This document shows, piece after piece, positions 26,581 to 40,245 of a stretch of 64,000 nucleotides of DNA. The DNA is from Raillietiella orientalis (Eukaryota), in contig JAYWIR010000025.1 in assembly GCA_036172245.1 (NCBI GenBank), positions 868,001 through 932,000 of the forward strand, given 5' to 3'. Every line of letters begins with the position of its first letter. Position 1 is the first letter of the stretch. The translations under genes and the position numbers were made by a program. Under the pieces are notes generated by a model. The model did not search any database, was not told the DNA's origin, and was given only the letters and a program-made list of their open reading frames with translations.

Positions 26581-28076
26581 CCTCTTCAGAAATTTTTTTT
26601 GTAGGGTTTATAGTTTGTTGATAAAAAAAAAATCGCCCCTCCCAGTGGACCCCCGTCTTCTCTTGCTCACAGGACAAACAGATCTACAGCAAGAAATGGA
26701 GTCAAGGATGCTCAGAACAACTTGGTCCAGTCCTGCATGATGTCTTCGAAACGCATTCTCAGGAGATTGCGCAAGGGACGAAGTTCCTCTTGGTTCATTT
26801 CTTGATCCTCGCATAGGTGTGCACGGCCTCTTATCTCCATGAGTTGAACTTCGTCCAGTGGAAGGGAATCCATTAGTTGAATTCCAGCAGGAAGGAGTGC
26901 AGCTTTAGGGAAAACTCAAAAGACTTCATCCATTTTCTGATTGAGTGGCGGAAAAAGTATGCCCATTCCTGGCAACCAGTCGCTTGCCCGAGCATGTCGC
27001 TAACGGGAAAACACCATTGCTGGTCTCAACCCTCTCTATCATGGCCTATCTAAGAAAGTGGAGCTGCAGATGCTTCCTTTCCAACATTAGGCTGTTGAGT
27101 CAAGCATTTCTGCGTAAGGCAGCAATGTCCTTGTGGAGGACTTGAGGTCCCAAGGCGGTCCATATGGATTTCCTCAACAATCCATTTTTTTTTGCTTTAT
27201 TTTTTTACGAATAAAGGTCAGGGCGTGTCCCGGTGCAAAGCGTTTAGGGAAATGATGCTTCGAATGCTTCTTGTAGTTGACTGTGACTGCAAAGGCTCCC
27301 AGTTTCCTTATATCCTCCTTGTCCCTGGATAATAGGAAATATAGGGTTTTCTGGAAGCCAGAACATAGTGGGAGTTGCAACTCATTGTCGAAACTCTTAC
27401 TTTGTGCTGGAGAACAGGTTGTTTTTCACTTTTCTTCCGGGAACAACTTAAGTCTGTTCTCGACTGATCACGGATTTCGACACATGAGCGCCTTCGTTTC
27501 CCCCCTGACTGAAATCCCAAATGCTGCACCTGCATGTATATTGACGAGATAAAGATAAAGTCCTTTTCTTGAGTCCTTCAAGTCCTTCTTTCTTCCGACC
27601 CTTAACAATCCTTACCTGCAGTTGGCCTGCGCGTCGTGGGCTATGAGATTTCCCATGCCTCATATACCAGGCATCGTCTGTCCATTTATTTGGTATAAAT
27701 AAACGTCCTAATGCAAGCAAGCTTCAACTTCCCGCTTTCCGATGGCCCAAGGCAATGGTATGTAGTTTGTCGCGGACAGTGGAGGATAGTTTCTCCAAGA
27801 CTCCACACACACTCAATGCACTCAACAGTGACAAAGCCTGTCAGTGTGGAGAAGTTGGACTCGTCAGCTAGTATGAAAGAACACACCCCACAGTAGACAT
27901 AGAGGTGTTCTAGGCACATTCGGTGCATAAAGCGAATACGCTAGACATGGCAACGAAGGTGGGCAGTGTTCTACACAGCGATGACGCTGTGGGCAATAAG
28001 CGTCCGACACGTCTGCAACGATGGACGGAAGACGTCAACGGTCCACCATTATTAAAATCTAAGAGTCGGCGAGTCC

Positions 28077-28660
28077 ATGGTTGAAGTGAATCCGGAGGTC
28101 AAGCCAGTGACCTCCAAGGCAGGACCCATCATGATAGGCTCAGCAAAGGATGCTTATATTGCGATGTACACAATGAATGGGAACTTTGACAAGATACAGA
28201 CCATAGTGCCATTCACAAGAGGGTTCAAGATACACATAGATTACGAACTGGCCAGTGCCTTTATCGAGAAAGGCATTAAATCCAACATGCTACGACTGCG
28301 TGGATCAGAAAATTCTGGAGCCCCTGGCACGCAGATCCTCCAACAGTGGTGTATTTTGCGCGGCATAAGAAAGACGATGTGCACGACGGCATTTCTGTCC
28401 GGCATCAGTCTCCATACCAGCCAGAAATTGTTGCGGAAACACTGCTCAATATGGGAGGGTAAGGAGAATGCAGTTATTCAGACACACAGGGAAAATCTTA
28501 TCCGGAGAGGTTTCCTGAAAATCATGCTGAATGAGGATGAGATCATTCCGGGAATGTCGACGTGCACTCCCAGAAAATGACAGTCCGTTACTGCCAGAAA
28601 CTCACTCCCTGCACGGACTGTAAGCTCTGATCACCTCGTAGCAGCGTGCACACAGCATAC
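28077..28660 (+). mobile_element. Possible ORF1 relic of an L1/Tx1-like element
   Basis: 167-aa ORF ending IRRGFLKIMLNEDEIIPG, followed by a frameshifted CTDCK/SDHLVAAC CCHC knuckle. Confidence 0.4.
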
Positions 28661-30058
28661 CTGTTTAGGAACATGCAATTCAAAGACAAGATGAGAGGGA
28701 GGGTGCATCGAGAGCTGAAGATCGAAATCTTCCCAGGCCTGAAAATATGGGATTACTACTCCCTCTGACTTCCTTCTTCTGACTCTTTCGCGGTCTCGGG
28801 ACGTCGGTTGGTGGTGCTTATGAATTCGGGTCCATATGCAGGTTCTTCCTCCACTTTCATTTCCATCTTCAATTTGTTCCAGTTTCTTGAGTTCACAAGC
28901 TCTTCGTGGAGCGTGGACATAAGAAAATCCAGCTCCACATACTCACCTGCCCAACGCTTAGACGAGACTGAAAGCGGTTAAGGAGTTGGTGGGCCTGCAG
29001 ACAAAAGACAAACAAACTGGAATTCTTGATGGGATTGTTCGTAGGGGACGGCATCGCCCCCCTGTGCAATCCTATGGTAAGAACGAGCCTCGCGATAAGA
29101 ACAGAGATGGGAAACACGAGAAGTGTAACGGCCATGGGCATTTTAAAAGGGCTGATTATGAAAGAAATTGGCATTAGGAACTGCGCCGGTCGCCGATTGG
29201 ACATACCGATACATTTTGAACAAGATAGGCAATAATGGGCATGTATGTGGGATATCCCGCAATCTCTGGTGAAAATTCCCAAAGACGGGAATTCCCGAAA
29301 AGCGAAACAGGAACAGTGAAGTTCGGAATTCGGTTACGCACCAAATAGAGATTCGTTTGTTCTTTTGTTGCTCTTGTAAATAAGTTGTGTCTTCATAAAT
29401 TCACCTCCGTGCTTGTCAAACCCACGGAAAACTGTACTCAATTCTAGAAGGGAGGATACTGCACTGCACGTGATCCAGTAGTCCAGAGGATGGGTCCAGA
29501 CAAAAACGTTGATCTTAACCAAAATGTAGAGACAAAACCATTACGAAAAACTATTAGTGTCTGTGTGCCAAACATTTACAATACACGATTAGTCAGTGGG
29601 GTATATAACCAGCAATAGCCTGAAGGCATAAACTCCAAATAAAGCAATACAACGAATCGAGTCCTTGTACAATATTGAACTAATAAGTGACTCCATCGGA
29701 TAAAATCTCAGTGTAAATCGTCCATCCATCGAAACATCAATCCAATATGAACACTTTATCCAAGCAGGCAAATCGATGTACACCAAGATAAACCAAATTA
29801 CCAATTAGGAAACTAATGCTGGAAATCTCTGGTCAAATTTCTGTACACTGACTTATTGGGAAAATAATCCCCCAGATGATCGATGCAACTCTTGCATGGA
29901 AATCAAATGGCAGCGTAGAAAACAAACAAAATACAAACCAAAAAAAAATCAAAACATAAACTAGGAGAACGTAAACTACGAGGGCATAAACTGAGAATAA
30001 CTCATCATTTCGATCAATTAGAGAATTTATTTTCCTTATTTGTTAATAATGAGCAGGA

Positions 30059-33000
30059 TTAACTAAGTTTCAAAATTGAGGAGAGTATTTCTTTCATAAT
30101 ATGTGGCATTCTTGAAGTTTCAAAGCAAATAAAGGCACAACCTGGAGAAATCTCTCTCGTAATTCTAACAAAAACTCAGCAAAAATGAAGTCAGTTGCAT
30201 CGTTACCTTTCCGCCTGATTTCCCAAAGATCCAACAAAAATTATTCTCGCAATAATATCTTCATGGGATGTCAACAAATTAGATACTGCGCGTGGAGAAA
30301 TACCATATCGAGACAAATTGGCATCGCTAAGCATTAATAAAATCTTTTGTGAGTACTGACGATATTCAGTTTTCATTTGTTGTAAGGATAGTTCTAATGC
30401 TTCTAATGAGTGATCACCTGATTGGCAAAACTGGGAATGGCTTTCCATTCTCTGAAAAACACATATCCCAAACTAGCATGCATACATATATTTTATTCTT
30501 TACCAGAAGAATATTCAAGCGCTCTTTTGGATTAGTTGGAAGCCCATTCTGCGTTGTAAGTGATATGATTGGAGAATCACCTGAATGGCCGTAAATTTCC
30601 CAAAAAAATTGATTCTGAAAGCCATGAAGAGCTTCAAGAATCATAAGCACTGTTTGCATTTGACGCCGAAGACGGCCATCATAACCATTGAAGTGATACA
30701 TGCTTCCAGATAAATCAACTAGCAGACGCAAATATATTTTGGAAATTCCGTGTCCATAGCTCTTCAACGATGTATCCACTCTACGACGGTAGATGCTTTT
30801 TTCTCCAAGAAATCCCTCTATCAATTTATGGTCATCCATTTCTCCAAATGACTGATGGCGCACCCACTGCCGTTCTTTTCTTCTATTTTGCATGTCACGA
30901 AGAACCGTTTGCATAACATAAACCTACAATAACAAGACAAAGACTTTGTCCATGCAAACTGGTCCTGTTACATCTGTCTGAATATCCTGGAAATAAGAAT
31001 CATATAACTTGATATCCCAATCACTCATTTGGATGCTTTGCAATCTCTCCTGCAAAGTTTTTTCTGCCAGCTGCCTGGCAGCTTGAAGTACATTCTCAGG
31101 AACAGATGCTTTCTCTTCATCTGATAACTGAAAAATGGGATGACCAGCATCTAGACGATATGGGCCTCCTTTTCCACCAAGTCCTGCTGTGTCACGACCA
31201 CCAGTTCCTCCTGCCCATGTGTTTCCCCCAACATGTGGTGCTCCTGTGGGATCCACTTGACCATGTTTTGGTGAACTAACTTTGGAAGATGATGCTTTAT
31301 AGTTCCAAGAAAATTGCTGGTCTAAACTCCCCTGTAATTATGCTATGTATAAATTATATGGTCATGTACCTCTCCCTGACATCCTCTTCCATTTGTGAAG
31401 AGCCAGCTGAAGCTCATTCCAACAAACTAACCAACTGCGCAAACGACCACTGTCTTCTAATGTTAGCACTTTTCCTTCAATCCAATTGTGCATTCGTAAT
31501 TGCCCCACAATTCTAACAGAATATGGGTCTTGGAAATGTGTAGAAAAATAAGCTACCTGCCCATATTGATACTGTACACTTCATGCTGGTCTTCATCAAA
31601 AATTTGTAGTTGCATCTCACCTGATGTGTTATCACCTTTTACAAAAGAAACAGCCTAAAAAAAAATATAAGCATATATTCCCATCGGCATACCACACATC
31701 GATCATCTAAAAACAGGGGCAGCTGTTGATTCTTCTGTGATTCAGGATAATGGCTGATGTCCACTTGACCCTAATGCAAGCAAAAAATAAAGTCATTTAC
31801 CAAAAAACTTGCCTCTTGGAAGTTTAAACCAGTCACTTTGTAGAATTGATTATTCTGTCCAAATGCTAATCTTGAATGCAGATCTGATGTTGATGAGTAC
31901 GTTATGCTCTGGAAACTGGGCCAATCAGTTTCTTTTAAAGGTAAGACGTAAAAGTTTCCTTCTAACTGTGGGAGGCAGTTAGATAAGAGAATTTTCCTGG
32001 CAATGTATATGGAATTTTCTGCTACTGCAATAATTAGTTTACCAAACCTGGATCCAGGAGCTAGTTCCAGCAACCATGATCCAGGAGACAAAGCTAGAGC
32101 CTGTGTACAACTTTCCTGAGGCTTCAAAATATCCAATTTAAAAAAACATAAACTAGGTAAATCCAACAATCCAATTAGATTGGTGTGACTAGAGTAAAAA
32201 AGCAACTGCAAAAATTAAGGTGAGAAAGCACCAAAAATGATGTATGCTTAGAATGTTCAAGATTTTTCAATACCTGATTTCCTGCGGAAGATACAGAAGA
32301 TGTTTTACTAAGTCTTGACTTAATTTTTGGTTGCAATAAAGATGTGCTTCCATTCCTCAGATCTAACAATAAATATTCACCACTCTATTGATCAGATCTG
32401 GTCACTCCACGAGTTACAAATATAAACAAACTACCTGATTATCACAAATGAGTACATTTCCTGACAAGGACTCCTTCAGAGGATAAATTCGCACGCTTCT
32501 ACGAAAAATCCTACTATAACTACTAAGATCAAAATAAATTCCATCAGAAGTAATAAGATCAAAGCTCAAAAGTCCAAAAGGATTAGATTTAAGAACACAT
32601 AATTTGTTCATGTTTGCATCTGAATTTGTTTGAAATTTCTGCTTCTCAGTTATAGGATTTACCACTTGATGTTGAACAGGAGTCTAGCACTAATTCACTT
32701 TCCAATGGAAGCTGCCACTGAAATTCTTCTTCAGTAAAACTGCGGCTCTGAAGCCATGTAGGAGGGGCTTGAAATCTATCTTGGTGTACATGAAATGTGC
32801 TCTAAAACTTATAGTGATTGCCCAATCTCTGCATTTTATTACCAGAGTGTCCAACTTGTGTGATTCAAAATTTATGGGATATGAAAGTTCGGTCTTATGC
32901 CAACTTGTTGCCATAATCGGAGGAGGAATTTTTGTCCTAAAAAAACACCTAATAATAGTTTGCCAAAGATATCATCTAGAATGACCTTTAAACTCAGATA

Positions 33001-36000
33001 GCTTTAACTGATTTAAAAAAAAAATCAGTTGCAGCAAGTTATATTCGCATATGCAAGTCCTCACTGGTAACACTATACTTTAGTACAGTAGAAAAATTGT
33101 GAATAGTGAATAGGCATCTCCATGAAATTTAAAAAACGGAAAAATGAATGTAAATCATTAGGCTGTAGATACTGCATGAAAATTTCGTAATAGTCAATAC
33201 TTCATAAAAAATTGCAATCTTTTCCATAAAAACAATCACGATAATTGTTATTTATTTATGGATCCACTAGTTGGCATTCCTTTTGTTTCTTTGAGAACAA
33301 ATGAAGCTCATTTAGATCAGTGCATATTTATAGTCTGTAAAAAACTTCAGAAGTCATAAATTTCAATGTTATAAAAAAAATTTTTTCAATGAAGATGGGA
33401 AACTTTTCACGGAAAGGAATGATGAAAAGCTTTCGACGATTATTATGAAAATAAAAACGATAAGATTATAATGCATTGAAAAGCATGCATAAAGTATGCA
33501 TTTAAAAGTAAAACACACCAACTTCAAATTAAGAAAAAATTAGACTAATCAAACAATTGACTGAAGGACAAACTTCACAGATATTTTGAACAAAGTTATT
33601 GAGCATAAAAAATGCTGTGATAAAGAAGTGAATACACAAAATCCTGAAACAAAAAGAGTGAGTTAAAATAAACAACTGTAATTACAGTTGGTTAGGTTTA
33701 TAAACTGTTGATATACCATCGAACATATTTAAATATATTTCATGCAAAACTATTTTTCATTCCTTTTAATGTGCTCCCATGACTTTCTCAAAAAAAAAAA
33801 AAAAAAAAATACGTATACAGAATACTGCAGATCCTGATTTGTTCTGTAGCATCCACATAGAATATCTTTCACTCTTAAATATGAACATTACGAATTTCTA
33901 CTTTTATTGATATTCCTCAGAAACAAAATCCATAAAATCAGCAGCTATAATCCAAAATTATTTTAATAACATGCTATAGTTTTTACAATAAGTATGGTAT
34001 AAGTAACACTAACAACTTTGGAAAAATTATTCTAACCTAGAAGCTAAATTAGTAGTACTGGACCCAGTAGGTATACGATGTTCCTGGAGAACATCCATTA
34101 GTTTATGCCATACTTCTGGTGAATGATAATCAAAATCAAGAATATTTCTAAACGCTGCATATAATCCATCTTGAGGAAAATGCTGCAAATGTTTCACAAC
34201 TGCCACAGCTTCTCTCATAGAAAAGGGATATACTAAGGCTCCTTTGTCAACAAGCTCATGCAATTGTTTGAACACTTTTTGTATGATATGTAGATATTCT
34301 AGATCTACATCAGGAGCATAGCTTTTAAGTAATGCCAACTCAGAAGCTGAGTCTGGATTCTCAATGATGTGGCAAGCAAACATGTCTCCTAAGTTCCTAT
34401 GAAACTTGATCTATAAACCATAACATATCTACCCATAGCAGAGAAAAAATCATTTCCTTGAAATGGAAATCCAGGTCGATTGGCCAGGAAGATCATTTGA
34501 AATTTTGGGTTAATTGGAATGGCATTGTCATCTTTGTTTGAAATAAGCTTAGAAGGAACTAGCCGACGACCATCAGGCAAGGTCATGCTCGAGTTTTCAA
34601 GCAAAGCCTAAGAAAAGATACATTTACACAGCATGCAAGATATCTTACTCTGTACTATACATACTTTGAAGATGCAAAAAACTTCAGTGGGTGCTTTATC
34701 TGCCTCATCAACCACCAGAATGTCTCCTGAAATGGCAGCTTTGATTAATGGAGAATCTTGATACACAATACGCCCGTCTTGCAATGAAGGAATAGCTGTC
34801 AAGCTGTTAATGGTTGTATCTCTATGCAACTGCATGTATTCTCGAGATCTGTGGAGCAGGTACAAGAGTCGATCAACTAATTTGTTTTTTCCCACTCCTT
34901 GATTTCCAATGAGGAGAAGATGCTCGCCTAAAATCAGGTCCTGGAGAAGATTTTCTAAAACTCGAAGTTGCTGAACAGGAATGAGTAATATTCCCAAAAT
35001 ACGAATTTATACTTGGAAATTGTCGTAGAATGTAGTATGTGGAATTTTGGCAGTACTCAATGATTTCTCTAAGCAGAATTTTGTGGAACCAATTCTTAAT
35101 ATACCATCTGTTATGTCCCAAGAAATGGGCTCAATTTTGGTGGCACAGGGAAAAAGACCCATCTTCTGCATTGTAGAAATTAGGACATTCCTAGTGACTA
35201 AGGGAAGAAACCTTCACCACATTATTTGCTAATTCATATATATGAGTACTTCAGCATGCACGCATTATCCACTAGCTGATACATGTTGCAATCAGGATAA
35301 TGTTGAACATGACGTGCTATTCTCAACAATTGCCGAAAGGATAAAGAAGCAGATATGTTTTGAAGCGAACGATCGGAACATGTGCGCAGAAAATGGCTTG
35401 CTTGTAAAATTGGTTGAATTTTTGCCAGTGAAGACGAATCAATCTTTTCGTTTTTTTAGATTTGTCAAAAAAATTGAAAAATATTTACATGTTGTTTCAT
35501 AATGCAAGTCTCTTCCTCGAGAGTGAGTTCTCGGATGCAATGAAACTGAAAAAGAGTAAGAACCTCTTCTGTCAACCATGATATCCTGTCAGCTAAAACA
35601 ATTCAGTCTGGATACTGACTTAATCCACTTAAGTTGCTCACAAGCTGGTGCTTCAGCTGTTGCTATAATGCGGAATTGCTTATGGATCTTGAAAAGTCCA
35701 CGCTCATTCATCTGCTCTTCTACAAGATTTAATTGATCTTTCAATGCATCAAACTGTTGGTGACCTAATAAATGAATTCCATTTGGAAGCTGCACGTGAC
35801 GGTCCTGAATCAACCTAAAATACCGATATTCTCAATCGATGATAAAGTAATACCAGAAAATACCGATATATTACACTAATGGTATCCGGATGTACTCGAT
35901 GCAAACCATCAAGAATAGCTAACTTTCCCTGAACAGCAGCCTTTATCAAAGGTGCCATTTCCCATCCAGTATCTCCATTAGGTAAACTAACACGCATTTG

Positions 36001-39000
36001 AAGCAAATGCTGTGCAATCATATCCTGGATGAAATAAAAAACACAGCTTTCCTGTTATGTTACACCTTTGTGAATTTACTGAATTTACCTGATGTAACAA
36101 TATCGATTCCACATCATAATTCAATAAATGAGCAAACTGTTGGATTAATGAGCTTTTACCACTGCCTTTAGGTCCAATTAAGCATAAATCACCTACTAAA
36201 TGAGACTGCATCATTTCCCATAATATCTGGCAATGATATGGGATCTTTACAAAAAAACTGTCCAAATGACATGTGGAACCACTCCCACCATGTACCTAAC
36301 AATAACATTACTTATCGAAAACATGGATTTCTTCTTTGTACTCACTACAAAACTAAAATCTCTATTAGCTATTTTGGCTGAGACTTTAACCACACTGTCC
36401 TCAACAGATGTGCTCCACAACTCAGAAACATCAAGTGATGCGTCAGGATCGATAAAAAAACTTTTCAAAGAGCTTTTCATTACTTTGTGTTCATTTTTAG
36501 GTAGCAGCAACTCCCAAGGATAAACTCGTTTTATAAGGCTAGCAGCAGGAACGATTTCAGGACAGACTTTCTATAAACACTTTAATATTAAACATTTATT
36601 AACATAAACTTTTTAGTAAAGCATCCACAATAATATAATAACCACAATGTATTAGCTGTCTCAAAATGATTTTAATCTATTTTAGATACTGAAATAATTG
36701 GTACTTTGAGTTTACTTTAACTATTAAGAATAAGAGCTCGGAGAATGTAAAGAGCAAATAAAAGCACATGTTTTTACCAAGATTTTTAATGACACAAGAA
36801 AGTTATCCAATGGAATATGTGGATACTTGAGTGTGTCACCTTTCCAGCATGACACCCAATTAAGAAGATTTTTGATTTCTAAAGTTTGAACTTTTTCTAG
36901 TCCGAGGATGAAAGCAGCCTTCTGAATTAATTCTTTATGGCTCCACGGTTCTGTTTGGAGTGCCTGAAAACGTGATCTCAAGGGTGGATCTAGAGGATTT
37001 CCATTATATTTAGGTACTGGTAGGCCAAGAGCTATTATTCTAAAATCTGGATGCACACGACAAAATCGAAGTTGTGCCATTTTCTGTGAGCCAAATACCT
37101 TATCAACACCCCATGAATAAAACAGAATAACAAATTTTTATAACAAACCTCACTTAATGAATCATACCTATCACATGATACCAAACAACTCCCATCCTCC
37201 AAAGACATTTCCCGAGATTCTAAAAGACTATTTAATATGGGAAGAACATTGCGTTCAGCCTTTTCGATTCCTTCTAAAATTAGAATCCTACCATATAATG
37301 CAGCCCGAACAACACTCTACAACAGACCAATTTCGTTAGTGCATATAAATGGAGAGTATTTATGATATATTTATCATGTAATCACAGATGTATGAGCAAT
37401 TGCTTTCGATCTCCTTAAAGACTAGAAAATAATTAAATGTTAAAGAAATCATAGAATTTTGAAGAATTATGAGAATTCATAAATTCGAGAAATTAGCACA
37501 ATGAAAAAGAATTTTCAAGATTTTTGGAAATCTGCCTCAATTCATTGAACATTTCGAATAAAAAACTCACATCTTGTCTTCTAATAAAATTTTACTTAGA
37601 GGATCCAACAGTTAACAAAAATGAATCAAAAAGCTATATTCTTTATTGAATGTAAGTTTTAATGTAAATGAACACTTTTGAGATAAGGTCATCATGGAGA
37701 GAACAAAAGATTTCTAATTTAAATTTGTTTTGAATTATGGTTTTTAATGCTCCAAAATATTTGTTAATTTTGTTTCTGTTAAACTTTCCATACAAAATGT
37801 CATAGAAAACACAGCAATTACACTGATATTGCACAAGTGAAACACTAAGGCACTCAAATTTCATATGATGAGTGAAAAACTACTAATGTAAAATACTCAT
37901 ACGATTGTGAAATTTCTCTAATGTGATAAATGGGAATTATATGTAATACCTGATTCACAAATATGACTTCTTTATTAATTCTTTCTCTTCTTTGTTTGAG
38001 ATCTGACTCTGTTACATCCCTTGATAAAGAAACATATTCTATTTCTTTATTTAACATTGCTGAAAAATGCAAGGCTAGGTGCCGACGCTGTGTTCCTGGA
38101 GCTCCAATTAAACAAACATCTTGTTTCAGTTTGTACTTTTGAAAAAGCCAACGAATATGTTTTAATTCTGAATCCAATAATTGCTCAAATCCTGAAACAT
38201 GAATGATAAATTCACCAAAATAAAAATCTGCATTCACTATCTTCTCTTATCCATTTAGAAATAATGTATTCAAGATTAATACATTGAAAACAAATTCAAT
38301 TAGAAATTAGGAAGAAAATACTCTTCTTAATTCATAATCTTTATTGATAATATATCTGAAGAGAACTACTGATCTATTAGGGTAAGCTACACTTTGACAT
38401 TCACTGCAAAGATTATTTTAGACAGGGAAAAAAAATAGTGTTCTCTCTTTACTCATATTATACATATTTGTTGAATATCTTGCAACTTGAAATATTCGAC
38501 TTTTAATTAATATCAGATTTTTTCTACTTTTGATTAGATTTTTGATTCCACTGGACCAATCCAACATCATGACTATTGAAATTAATATAGTTATATAACA
38601 TTCTAATACTAGAAAAGGACAAAACAATCAGCAATCTGAAATACTTGTAAAGAAAAATGAATTCAGTGTTTAAAGCATCAAATGCTAATTTTCAGATGTT
38701 AAAAACTTCAATGACAATTTTCAGTCCTTTGCATCACATTCTTCTCTAGATTCATAAATTTTATTTTCTGTATACAAAACAAACACACATTTCACATTAT
38801 ATTTTTAATGACTTGTGTTTTATATAACTGTACGTATGTACATACACATCTACATGCCATGCATAATCAGTTGCTTGGGATGCCACTCATGATTTCAGTC
38901 GAAAGTAGCTCAAACGTCCAATTCAATCATCACTGATTCTTTACTTAATTACTTAGTTGTAATCAAGAAATTTTTCACTTAATCAGAAATTTTTCTACAT

Positions 39001-40245
39001 AGACAACAGCTAAAAGAATTCTAAACATGACTGTGGTTTCCAAAGCACAAGAATTATTAGTGATTTCAAAATACTCTTCCTGCATTTACAATGGAAAACT
39101 CTATCATCCTTAACTTTCAAAATTAAGAACGATAAATTAAGATTAAATAAGTCAAGAAATTGCAAAATTTTAAGGTCATCATGCAGTAGTAAAAAAGTGA
39201 GTTCTACATTATCAGAATTACTTGACTTTTAGTATTCCTACACTCTCCATTCTGAAGATTCCTACTGTATCAAATACCCTACATTCCATATTAGTTTGTG
39301 CCATCAGCACCAGGTTGTACATTACTTTTACATGAAAACAATTTATTAAAATAGTCTTAATTATTGTATTGAATTCATTTGCAGCCCTATACATAGTTCT
39401 TTAGTGCAATACAATTCTATTAATCATGATAGCATGAGACAGATCACACTTTGATGTAACATATATATATCCTTAATTCCATTTCCATGTTACAAATGTT
39501 GTACATTCACAAACTTAGAAACAAACGAAAAGCACCGCGTTTTTCAATCATAAGTTCACAATTGTGGGCAGCGACCAGAGAAACTATCGACTCTGAACAT
39601 ACAATTGACCATGGCTGATCTAACAGATTTTCTAGCTGTTCTTTGGAGAGAATTTCAATTCCACGGATTTTCAAGTCATAAAACCATCTAAATCACTGAA
39701 TAAATAAGAACGGAGAAAACAAACAGAATACCAATAAAAACTGCAATTTATTTTATGCAGTTCAGTCAGCATGTCCCAAAATATTAGTACAAAAATGAGT
39801 TCCAAGAAGTTATATTGCTGTAGTGCTTCAAGGAAAACATATTTTTAAAATTATCAAATTTTCAACAGAAAAATTGCCATTTTATTTGAAGCATATAGCG
39901 GTTACTGCAACACTGCAAACATCCACGCAATTTTGCACAATGCTGATCAAATTCGAGACTTGAAAATTAGTTGAAAACCCTCAAATTCTTTTCTGTTCTA
40001 GGGATAATTTCATGATTACCATTTATATTGGGCACTAGTTCGGGTTGAAGTGCTGGTGTTACGGGCACATTTATATCTCCTAAACTGACAGTTGTTTCCT
40101 CTGAAAGAGAATGTCCTTAGAAGGTCCACATACAATGCATTACCTTACTTAAATGTGAATAACATCTGCTTTTTCTTGTCAAGCCATACCTAACATTGTG
40201 CCACAAAATGAAAGAAACTGTTTTGAAATTCTGTTTGTTAAACAT
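30059..40245 (-). CDS. VWA8: von Willebrand factor A domain-containing protein 8 (mitochondrial MoxR-like AAA+ ATPase with C-terminal VWA), multi-exon
   Basis: ATG at 40245 with a basic, presequence-like exon 1; TVSLGD...PELVP; HIRWLFQKYKLKQDVCLIG...LSRDVTESDLKQRRE; GNPLDPPLRSRF; Walker A GPKGSGKS and GNQGVGKN; LVVDEADKAP; ANRPGFPFQGNDFF; KHGQVDPTGAPHVGGNTWAGGTGGRDTAGLGGKGGPYRLDAGH; MIDAS VDLSGSM; LSDANLSRYGI; stop at 30059-30061. Confidence 0.93.

Noticed and set aside
29334..29990. Hydrophobic minus-strand frames downstream of VWA8
   Set aside because: Could not build a consistent spliced ORF or recognise a family; T-richness alone can explain the hydrophobicity.
31322..31369. Apparent frameshift or non-canonical intron in VWA8
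   Set aside because: Resolved by a canonical 48-bp GT-AG intron using the downstream TTTAG.
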